Assembly: GCA_036172245.1 (NCBI GenBank)
Contig: JAYWIR010000012.1
Coordinates: 186,001 to 250,000 of the forward strand
Reading direction: 5' to 3'
DNA length: 64,000 nucleotides
Source of the DNA: Raillietiella orientalis
Taxonomy: Eukaryota
Shown piece after piece: positions 13,461 through 25,400 of this stretch. Position numbers and translations under genes: made by a program. Every line of letters starts with the position of its first letter. Position 1 is the first letter of the stretch. Below the pieces are notes generated by a model. It saw nothing but the letters and a program-made list of their open reading frames with translations. It was not told where the DNA came from and ran no database searches.

Positions 13461-16400
13461 TCAGCACCGGAAGTGCTCGAAGTTCAGGCAGAAGCCGCTG
13501 TTGGCGTCTTTGCGCACCTCCTGGTGGTCGGTCATGAAGTACAGCATGAAGGGCTTGTGGGATGCTGAGGGAGGAAACGGATCACTGCTTTCCCAAGGCA
13601 GGGTTTCCGGCTTATCGTGCAACTTACTGCAGACGGGCATGGGGTTGGCGGCCCCTCCTTCTGGCTGCAGAGCGTCGCCGCAGAATCTGTCGGCCTCGGA
13701 GGTCCTCTTGTGGACCTTGATGTCTTCCAGGCTGCTTCCAGCGGGGATCTCCAGGAAGTCATGGTCGCAGTCCTTCGGATTCTGGTTGTTCTTGGCCTGG
13801 TTCTTCGGGCCGCTCAGGCTGAACCCGTTCCTGTGGCACTGCCACAGGCACAGGTAGCAAAAGCCCACCTCCGAGCGGATGCAGATGGAGTACATTTGGT
13901 TTGCCAGGTGCAGGCCGTTCTCGGGCATCCAGTTGAAGGAGCGGATCTGCCCCAGGTACCCCACGTGGTACTGCAGACATCCCGGGGGAGCTAAGAGAGA
14001 ACGGTGCGTGAACCCCGGGGCGCGCCCAAGGCCCTCCCTCATCCCCTCTCGGTCCCTGCTCACCTGCAGTCTCCGGACCCATCTGCGAGACCAGCAGGTT
14101 CCATTGGCGCACCCCTCTTCCGACCAGAATGAACATCAGGACCACTCCGTCGGAGCTCAGGGGGTCCTGCACGTATACTGGAACGGTAAATGGTCGCAGA
14201 ATGAGCGGGGAGTGGGGAGGGCAACCTGGCGGCGGTCTGTCGGTTCCGCCGCCATGGGGTCACATTTCCCTCTGAATGCCCTTCCGAGAGGCCGTTTAGG
14301 GTGACGGTCACATTTCATCTACGCCGGGCGCGCGCGCAGAGTGGAAGTCGGAAAACCGCGCATTTCGGGAGTGCCGCGGAGGTGACTCGGAAGCGGCGCC
14401 GGCCGAAATACAGAAGGATCATAAAAAACAAAATTTATGCATTTATTATGTATGTATATATATAAATGTCTTAATACACAATGTACTTTAATATAAACAC
14501 TCATTAATATTTATAAGTATACACATTGTTGATATAATTAGTGATGTGCACCAATATGTTATTGATGTACATAGTGAACGTCATAAAAAATAAATATAAG
14601 TGTTATATATATTAAGTGAATGTATAAATATTGGATTTAAAAAAAAATGGAAAAGAAAACAGTGATGACGATCAAAACTGCCTGGCAGTTCGGTTGCCGC
14701 CAATGACCGCACATGGCAAACCAATTAAAACTGGTAGGGAAAAATAAAAAGGAAAGCAACTCGAAAAAACAAAAACAAAAAAAGAAATTTGGTATTTCAT
14801 CTTCCTGTCATTCGCGGTGCTCGACAAAGGAAACTTCCTCGACAACTGGGGAATTCCATTTTCGGGATCGTTCGAGAAATACACTCGTTTATAATTCCGT
14901 ATTTATATATTCATTTCGCATATATTTATTATATATATAAATGGGCATCAATATATATAATGAACATATGTATATCTATTTTATATGATCCATACTATAT
15001 GTATATTAAATATGTTTCCTTAGTTTATGCATTCGTATATAATTTATAATTCGATATTTACATGTTTATTTATTGTCTATGTACATGAATGTTAATATTC
15101 ACACATTAGTAAATCATATTAATATATACAATGAACACATATATATTTATAATCTTTTATATATCAGCATTATACAATATTGCAGATTATTAATTATATT
15201 CATATGTACGCTAAGGAATATTAATGAATGTGTGCATTCAAATAAACTATATTCATCTATATATAAATATACATACATTAATAAGCACATACATTTATTT
15301 TTATATTTATTAATATATGTATACGTACATATTAATGAATATTATAAAAACTATACTTTTATATATATAGTATGCTCATTATTATTAATTACATTAATAA
15401 GCATTTATGTTTACTTTTATAATCTTTATGATATACATTGATACATACCATTATCATATAAATTTATTTTCTATGTTCCTTCGGGATTTGAACCACCTCC
15501 ATGTGGAGTTGGACTCTGAAGAGCTGGACACGTGAGTACTCATTTGGAAGCCTTCTTTTCCCCCCCTTTTTTTCCAGCGACCCTTCGCATCTGGCATCCC
15601 TGAAGTTTCGATGGTTCTCTTGTACGGGCTTCTGGGCCCCTTTCGTTCTCCTTCTTGACCACGCACCGCACTCACGAATCCCTCACTGGGTATTGAAAGG
15701 CAAGTCCTGACTTTCCTCTTTGCTCAACTCGTTTCCACCCTCCTTTCCCATTTCTCCAGTCAGCGAAACGGTCCTTTCCATCCATCTGACGAAGGAACGA
15801 AGGCCAGTAGCTGATGACCTCGGGCTTCTTGCCATCCAGACTGAAATATGCGTTGTTTTCCCCCTTCTTCTTCTTCTGATGGTTATTCTCCCTTAGGGAG
15901 CGGGATCTCCTAGGAGGAGGAGTTGCCACAATCTCAGCAAAGTTCCGCCATTGGCTTGGGCAGGAGGGTCGTCTTGACGATCCTTGGTGGTTTCTCTTGA
16001 TTTCGTCGTTCCTGCTTTCACTTTTTACTGCTCTTGGGACCTGTTCGAACCCCCTTCCTGGGAGGGAACAGGGTGGAATTTGCGTCTCCCTGATCACGAG
16101 CAGAGATAAAACGAGGGAGAGGAGAGCATCCTTCAGTAGTTCCCTGCTGCTAGCTAAGATTGGAGCTCCTCGCTGCCACATCGCACTGCCTCGCAGTTCG
16201 GTTGCCACATTTCGAAAAACAATTAGCTGGTTCAGCTCACGTGGCCACAACGCGTTTCTCCAGTAGGGGTGCCAACTGTGATGCTCGCGATTTCAGAAAT
16301 CTCCTCCCTATTCTGGCAAAAGACTTGTTGGAGTGCAAATGGGTCCAGCGATTAAAACATCCGCGTGTAGCTCTCAAGCGGTTGCCGCTGGCGCTGTATT

Positions 16401-19400
16401 TCCACTCCTCTCCGCCTCGAAACTTTTACATCTTTTTTCCTACATGTTTGGGTTGCCAAGCAGCAAGTTTGGGTCGGTAGATTCCTTTGGCCAAACTCTT
16501 CGATCTACCAGTCCCCACGTTCCTACATTACAGGCGTTTCCCGGAAGACGCTCGATGGGAAAGCAACTGTGATTCCCAAGTGGTTTGCCGCCAACTTGGA
16601 CATTTCGATCGTGGAAACTTAAAGAAAGTCTTTGAGGAAGCACGTGCTCAAACTACGCCCAAGACGGGATGGAGCACTCTTCTCTATACTTTGCACGCTC
16701 ACAGCTCAAACTCTCGTAGCTCAAAAACTTCGTTTTGTCGTGATGCCCACTTCCAACAAGGTTGTTCCCAAGTTCGCTACCAGCTGATAATTTCTGTTAC
16801 CTCGGTTCTTCATCACGTGCATCCTGATGTTGCCAAGGGTCGAATCCAACGTCACTCACTCCCCCGCCATGCTTGATTCAGGATTTGCGCAGAGCGCAGC
16901 TTGGAGAGCGATGCGTCCGGTGCGTTCGTTTCGAACGGCGGCTTTTCTTCGCATCCTCAAGAAGCGGAAACCGGCGGGCGGCTATTTTTTTTTGTGAAGC
17001 TCTTCTTGTGGTCTTCGAGTCGTTCTCCTCTCTTGGTTTTTGATGCCTCATCTCGGTCTCATTTTTTTTCTTGTGCGGAGAAATGGAACCAATCTGTAGT
17101 CAGGGTAATCTGAGGATGATGGAAATCCTTCTGGATTCTTTTCTGTTTTGCTGTTTCAAGTGCTGAAGAATCGTTCGCGTCCTTAGGTGGGACTCACGAA
17201 GCTTTTTAAGCACCGTCCACGCCACCCGAGGGTGAGTGTTGACTCTTCAAGTTAGGTGGTAACCCTGTAGGGATCACTCTATGGATCCAGAAGGACTCCG
17301 GTGGAAGGTCCACTCCTCTTACGCTTGCAGACCGCAGTCACGCGGCCGGCATCGCCGCGGGAGTTACACCTGTTGGGGTCAAGGCGTTGTTTCACCCTGT
17401 CGTGGAGCAGACCAGGGGGTTCGAATGCACCTGTTGTCCTATGTGTTCTGCGCTCTGTTCCAGCGTGGCTCTTCGGCGTTTAGGGCTGGAGCGATTCCCA
17501 TGAGGGGACGGAGAGCTCGCAGAGAATGGACGAAACGAGCTGACCCCGGGCTCGGGAAGTCCTTCGAAGCGTCAAACCGGGAGGGACCTGTATCGTCACG
17601 CGAAATTCCGACCTCGCCGCCAGCCTCCGAGTGGCCGATTTCTTCCCAGGTCACGTGCACCAGAGCGGCATCCCCAAGAGAAGAACGGACGGGCTGCCGG
17701 TGAGTTTTGCATCCTCCCGGGCCGCGAGTCGGCCTCTGGGCCCAGCGCTGTCGGAACCGTTGGCTCAGTCGACCGACTTACTGTGGTTCCCGCTGCAGTT
17801 CCCGCATATTATGGGCACCGAACTTTCTGCGGCGATCACTTTGAACACGTCCACGTTGCAGATGGACGATGGGTCCGGAGGAGAAATCTCCAAAGTGATG
17901 AAGTCGATCCTGAAAGGCAGAAGGATTGGGCTACTGAGATGAAAGGGAAAAACCCCGCAAATTGTCGGCGGATGACGCGGCGGAGCCTGACTGGCCAAAT
18001 CCGCTCGCCTTGCTTCGCGACCTAAACTCTCCGTCCCGCAGTCCGAAGGACGCTTCGGACTGCGGGACGGAGAGTTTTTTCGGATGGCGCTTCGGGAGGA
18101 GGGTGCGATCCTTGCGGAGCCTCGGCGAAAAGCAGGCTCGCAGGGCCCGGTTGACAACCCGCGCTTTTCGCCCGTTCCCGAACAAGAACCAGCCCTACCG
18201 TCCCCATTGAGCGCCTCCAAATGGCCCCACCTGGGGGAAGGAACAACAAAGCTTGCCAGCATCCTGGACGCGATGCAGAGGGAGTCTCCCAGCGACACAT
18301 GATCTCTCCTCCTCCCCTCTCTTCCCTTTCCAGGAAACTCTTCCTCCCTTTTTTGTGTTTCGTTTGTCTGTTTTTTTCGGTTTTCTCTTTTCCCGTCGCC
18401 GCGGAAACGGACTCCGCCGGACTACGCACCGGTCTCGACAAGTTTCGAGCACGCGGTAGAACCGACTGTTTTACCACTCAATTGTTACTGACGTGTCTTT
18501 TGTTATTATTTTACTGATAAAATTTGCCGGCGAAGCACCGGGTGAAAAAAACCATCCCCAGTTCTGAAAACGAAGTCGCCCGCCACCTTGCTCTTCGTGC
18601 TGATCGTGACGAACGAACGAGTTCGAAAGGTGAAAGAACAGAGTTCCAGTGGAAGGCCTTCAGGAACGGAAAGCAGCGATCTGTCAGAAGCAGTTGTCAG
18701 CACCGGGATCGATGGCTGACGAAGGGAAACCCCGGGGGAAATCCTCTTTCCTTATTCTCTCTGGAAGGATCACCGGAAGGGTCCACTCCTGTTTACTCCT
18801 CTGAAGAGAACCTCGAAGGGACACTTCCGAAATTCAGAAGGACGCTGCTTCCCCGAAGGAAGCGGCTCGCTTTTCTTCGCTCACTGGAGAGGTGGTGGCG
18901 ACACGCAGACTCCATCAGAACGACTTAGAGGGTTCCCGGAATGGGTGGTCCGTTCCTTCACAACCGGAGGGGAGCTCCCACTCCGTGATTCCTCGAAGGA
19001 CCCGGAGGTCGACTCCCATTTGTCCCGGCCCTCATCGGGGCCATCCGGTTCCAACCGTTACCAGCGCCGCACCCGGATGAATGCAGGCTAACCAGCGTCA
19101 TCTTGCGGGAGGAACTCGAACTAACGACGCACTGCGTCGATTCAGTTCGGAGTATTCGGACCTGCGACGCATGGTGGTGCCACGTGCAGAGACCGCAGCA
19201 GCCACGTGACCTCCGACGCGGGCCTCCGACGGGGAGAACGGCCCACGCGAGTAGAGTTCCCAGAACAGCTACGGTTACAATAAAACCGAAGAACACCTCG
19301 CGTTGTTCCCTGTAGAAGAGAAGCGACTACTGTGGCGGAAGGAGAGTAAGAGGACAAAGAGACGTCAGAAGGTTCCCAACTCCGGACCTACGCTAATCAG

Positions 19401-22400
19401 GGGCCAGCCTGTCTCTTAGCTGGAAAATCTGACTCTCCCCATCTCAGGCTGATTCGAATTCGGGAAGCTTCCAGCAGTGCGGTCAATCCCCACCGTGTGC
19501 GCGCTAGGCCTGTCGAAGAAATGTGCTTCAGCGCACGGGAAGCACTCCTTTCCCTCCGGACCAACGTGGCACGCGACAGGAGTTCCGGCCTTCTTCTCAC
19601 TTCATACCTTTGAGCACATTCTCTATAGTGATCCACATCCACGAGCGGAGTGACTACGACCTGCCCAAACCATGGATTTGAATTTCGAGATGGCGTGGTC
19701 ACGATTCCGAGAGGAAGTTTCTCCATCCCTGCCGCGTGCCCAGGGGAATCCTCGACCGAAGCGGGAAGGACGAGGAGAAAAGGTGAACGGCTCTATTGCT
19801 TTGCCTGCTGATTCTCATCAGTGCCTTTCCGGGGACAAGGCGGGTTGATGCACCTCAACCTTTTGGTTGAGGTCGCAGTGGTAAACGGTAGGTGAACTAA
19901 AATGCCTCCGCCAGGCACTCAAGAATTACCCATTTGGGGTCCACGAAGCTCTTTCCACGCCGTCCGAGGATGCTTATCACTCTTCAGGTTATAGAGAGCA
20001 GCCCAGTAGGGACCACCTCATGAATCCTGGAAAGCTTCAGTGGAAGGAGAGTCCATTCCACTTACTCCAGGGAGGGTGTGAAGGGATCCTCCAGGGGTAA
20101 GAGAGGAACTCTTTCCCCTTGAAGTTACCCTCTCTGAAGAGCTCTTCTTGACACTCTGGAGAGGCAACCCCCGAGGGAGATACCAACCAGCTCCATGGTA
20201 ATGGCTCCTTTTTCACACTTGGAAAAGAACCCCAAAGAGCTCTTTGATTGCTGGAAGGATACCCCAGAAGATCAACTTCCAATCCGACCAGTCGACGAGG
20301 GCACACGTCTTCTACCAGTGCACCGCACTTGGAGTCTATAAGGCCAACCAGAGTCATTTTGCGGGAAGCACTCGAAACCCACGACGCACCCCCTGGTTCT
20401 TGGCATCGGTCCTTCCCCGGGCGAGATTCGAGCCCGCGATCTTCGGTGCCGCGCGAGGTGGCCGCAACCTCACGGCCGCCCACGCGGGCCAAAAGTCGCA
20501 GAGATCGAGTGCGTGTGTGCATCCTGTTCGAGTCCTTCCCTCTCCTCGAGACGCGGATTGAATTTCGATACTCGAAGAAAATTCGATCGTTATCCCCACT
20601 TGAATGGGAATGCTCCCCTGTTGAAGAGCATCGAGAAAAGTTGGGAAAACTCGCTCCACGCTCTCTTCAACGCCCCTCTTTCTCCGCAGGGAGTCACGGC
20701 TTTTGCCAAACGCAACTGCCCGAAGAACTCTTGGTGAGAAAGGACGGGCCGACGATGGTCGAAGGCTGAAGGTTCAAGGAATGACGTTCGAGTCTTCCTT
20801 TGAAGATCAAGGGACACGAGGAAAGTCCTGCACGAAGAAAGGTGCTACCTATCTGCTTCAGCGCCTTCGTGTTGGCCCCATGGTGGCCATGAGGTAGCAA
20901 AACACGTGGGCAAGCGATCTTGCTGGTGGACCGTTTTAGAAAAGACACTCATAGCTGCAAGACCCTTCACAGGTTTTGAATGGAGTCGTTCTTGCACCTC
21001 CCATTCCCTTTCTCCCAAACCGAAGTCGTCGCGGATCAATACTTTGCGTGGAAGATGCCAGAAAAGCACGTGCTTTCCTTCTGGAGTACATCGGAGGCTG
21101 GAAGCACGAACTATAGGGGCTGCAAGAGCAGCTACATTTTCCACTGCCTCAAAGCATCTAACTCTGGACCCATTCGGTGCCTAGAACTATCGTAGGTTCC
21201 GGTTGCATTCAAAGTCAGCTGGCTCGTCTGCAAGCATTCTGAGGGTATTGGAGCTGATTGGGCACCGGTGCAAGGTAAACCTTCTTTGAAGACTCTGCAT
21301 TGATGCCGAATAGGTCAAGCTCACACGGAGCCCATTTCTCTGAGACAAGAGTCAGGTGAGTCGCGGTGCGTTTCGTGCGAGTTCTTTTGGGTGCGGAGCT
21401 TTTGGACAGAGCACATCCGATTGAAACGTTCCATGCTTACGGCACGCTTTTCCGCGTACCTCGTACTCCGTCGAGGTACCGATAAAGTGCTGATTAAAGT
21501 TACTATTGGAATTGTGTATTTACGCCACATTCAATAGAATATTTCTATTTTTCCCAAACTTATATGATTATTTGAAAATTACAATTATAATTCCAATAAA
21601 TCAATAATTCATTTGGGTATGGTACACCTCAATAATAGATTAGAAGTGACACCGAGAAAAAACGAGAATCGTTAGCCGATATAAATAGAATTTTGTTTAC
21701 TGTCGTTGCTAAGGGAATTAATTATAGGAACGTAGGTGTCCGCGTCCATCTCAAACATGGTAGTAGTAACTTATGTCGCGAGCATAAGGTGAAAAAACAT
21801 TCGCCAGGCGCATGCATATGTGCGTCCATGGTCCATGTGGATAATTTTCGCCAAACACGTGGATGGAGCACGCTGATAGTTCTCGTTGGACGCGCCGGTG
21901 TGTCCGTAGCACTCAGAGGGATGCTGCGACGTTCGAAGTTTCCGATCACGGATGGGTATTTCGGTCCCTCGGTTCTAGGATCGAACCGTTTTTGTTTGCG
22001 GCGCGCACGCGGCCTCCAAGTGGGATGATGATGGAAATCCTTTTTTTCTTCGCAGCTCTTCGACACGGTTCCACATCACCCAAAGGTGCGTGTAATTTTT
22101 CAAGATGAAGGCACCAAGGGTCCGCCCTATGAATCCAGGAAGGGCTTGGAGTCCGTTCTCACGCCTGGAAAGGGGGGTGGGTCAGACCTCCATCTTGATT
22201 GTCTCCGAAGGGGAACACTGAAAGGAATCTCCTTCCTCATTCTCTCTGGAGGGACCGCCCGGGGGGGGGGGGGATCTGCTCCATTTCATATTCTCCGAAG
22301 GCAACCGGAAAGGATCCGCTAGTCGGAATTTCTTCTCCGGAGGGAACCCGTAAGGGAACCTCTCCTGTTCACTTCTCTGAAGAGAATCTCGAAGAGACGC

Positions 22401-25400
22401 TTCCGAAATTGAGAAGGGGTGCTGCCTCCCCGGGGGATCGCTCTCGCTTCCTTGCACTCCTCTCTGGAGGGGTGGCGACGCACCTGCTCCGTAGCACACC
22501 ACGGAGGGTCATCCCCGGAATGGAGGGTTCGCTCCTTTAACATTTGGAGAGATGCCTTAACGCACCTACTCCATCTGAATAAATCGGAGGGGACCCCCCG
22601 GTGTGAGGGGTCCGCTGTCCATTGCACAACTGGAGGGAAACTTCCACCTCTTGGATTCCTGGGAGGGCTCGAAGATCGACTCCCATTGTTCCGCTCTTTA
22701 TCGGGGGCCTCTAGTTTTAACTGCTATTGGTGCCCGTAAGCCAGCCAGCGCCATCTTGCAGGAGGAACTCTGAACCCACGACGCAGTGCGTCTGTCGGAG
22801 TATTCGAACCTGCGACGCATGGTGCCACGCGCGGAAGCCGTAACCACAAAGCCTCCGAAGCGGGTGTTTCCTCGTGCGATGTAAGCTTTTCCATTGGAAA
22901 GAACGCATCCACATGACATCCTCTCTCTGGTTCATTTCCGGTCTACATCCGTGCATCCAGTCGTCTGCGTTCCAAGGTGGTGGACCGCAAGGGTCGCAAA
23001 CTTTTGCTACCACTTTGAGGAGCCTTCTAGAAGAGAAGTTCTAAAAATACCCTGAAGGAACTCGGAGCGCCATTGTTGGATCCGTGAGGATGACCGAAGA
23101 AGGGACCGAAGGACACGCTTCTTTAAGTGCCTTCATTGTTGGTGACCTGCATCGCGAGAGCAAGCAGGGTTGCCAAACGCAGATCTATCAGAGGACTAAT
23201 TCAAACTTTTGGAATCGTGAAAGTTTACTGATTTATAGAGTTGTAAGAAGAGCATGGTGGCAGTTTTTCCAGCCAGCAATACTCGTGTCTCCGTTGCTGT
23301 CCTCGACTACGATACTGCACATGCGCAAAGCAAAGGCAAGTGAAATTTCATCGGAGATGTATTTTACCGATGTACGGAGCGAAATCATTTTGAGAGATAC
23401 CACGAAATGGTTATCTTTCATGGGTTTGAGCGTTTTTCTGTTTGGTACGCAAATCGGATGGTTCTGACTGCATTCGGATCTTGCCCCTATGTAAATGAGT
23501 ACAAAGTGAACAAAGGAGGTTAAGGATGCTGCAAGTTGCTGGGAACATGACGCCTGTCAAGTGATCTTTTAAGCCGACCTGACCAATAGTCACACGTGAC
23601 TTTGTTGCTCATTTAGCATCCCACCCATCGCTTTGCTTAACTTAACGACTGCACTGACCTATACTGACTGATTTGCTTCTTCGCTCCCTTCACGCTCAAC
23701 CGGCAGACCACTGTTTCGTGTTCCCCGTTGCTCCCTGTGCCTTTGGCCATAGACACTTGGTAGTAAGTGTTGTTTACCGTAGTCGAATCCACACACTGAT
23801 TCCGTATAGCTGGATCAGAAAAGGATCATCTGAGCAGGGAACTGCTCTAAGGTTTTACCTGCGCAGCACACCCCAAACCCCAGAGCACACATGCCTTGAT
23901 ACGTCCCTCTTTGCATCAGGCACTGCCACCGAGACATGCAGATGCTCCTAAGCTTCTCGTTGCTGCAGAGGGCACTGTCCAGTCTCAACAAATTGAAAAC
24001 AGCATCTGGAATGAGAAGCACAAGGGAGATCATCGGATAGCCTGTCCCTCGAGGTAATAAGACGCGTTGGCCTCAGTCACCCACGCCCTATGGCGCCATC
24101 CTCGTCGAGGAAAAGCCCATCTTCTTCTGCTATTCATCTACGAAAATCTGGATGAAACAAAGTTCAACCCACTCAAAGCACGTGTTCGTGTTCTTTTCAG
24201 GACGGTTGTGTCGGCACTGTACCGGAAAATCGAAACTGATTTGCAGCCTCCTTACGGAGACTGTGCCATTTTACCGCCGGTATTCTAGAGACGCTGCCAC
24301 CCTATTTCGAAAGATCGGTTCGAATTGAGGCCCTCCCTACGGAAACCGCAGATAGAAGAAGATCGTAGAAATCTCACGAAGTAAAAAAACGCATTTTCTG
24401 CTCCTCGAAGTTCAAACTCGCGTTCCTCCCTGGATGGTGTTTAGTTCCGTTTTCTTTCGCACCGAGCTCCAGGGAAGTTCGAGAGCTGTCCAGTTGAACG
24501 ACCGGAGACTCGAGGTTCACCTGCGGGATCGGGACGGTAGGAAGCGAGACATGCCACTGGAATGACAGAGTTCGTATCTTCGAGCACCCTTTCGCCTTAA
24601 GCAGGGTTCAGGATATTCGAAGGACAGTTCTTTCTCGCTAAGAAAGGACGCGCTAGTCATGTGATCAGGATGCGGGAGGGTCTGTAGAACCGAGGAAGCC
24701 ATGAGTAAGAGGTCTGGTAGTCGCAAGAAAGGAATTTTAAAGCAAGAAAGGCGCATGTGAACAGCCGAGACTTGGTCCACTGGCAAGAGAATCCGTTTGA
24801 ATTCAGCCATGGTGTCGTCCAGCATCTGTCGGATGAGTGTCGGACGAGTGTCCCAGACAGAGTAGTCTGGGACACTCGTCCGTGCAAACGCGAACCACAA
24901 ACAGGCAGGCGTGGGCCAACAGCGAATAAGCCTCCTGGACCAAACGGAAGGCTGCTGGTTCACATCGAGAAAGCCAAAGTCCATCACGCATTGAACAAAA
25001 GTAGCTTTTTGAGCGTATAGTGCATCGATGATTCGTGAATTCGTCGCAAGATGATGCAAGATTTGTAGCGCGCTGCGGCGTTCCCTATGAGGCGTGGCAT
25101 GGGTTCTTTTTCGGTGTATCCCTGTTCCGAGGAATCCAAAACTGAGTACCTGGAAACAGCAGCGACTTCTAAGCACGCCAACGGCACCTTTCTTTTGGGA
25201 TGGAGGGGAGGGGGATTGACGGAGTCACGAGCAAGTGGCTGTGTGAAATCCTAAGACGTTTTGGCGGTGGTCAAGCAGGTTTCCCATCTCAACGCTACAT
25301 CGACGAAGTTTCGGTGGGTGGAAGGAAAAATGTGACCAGCGTTCCATACACTTCGTATTTGCAGGTGTTTAATGAGGACCTTGAACCTTGAGGACACGAT

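Noticed and set aside
14789..15441. Ile/Tyr-rich ORFs in the AT-rich patches (also 10.4-11.2 kb and 41.6-42.0 kb)
   Set aside because: Translation artefacts of the foldback arms.
19790..19990. Hammerhead ribozyme (CTGATGA near 19815, or CTGAAGA...GAAA in the element tail)
   Set aside because: Stem II/III pairing is missing and the GAAA is not conserved across copies, so the canonical core cannot be built.
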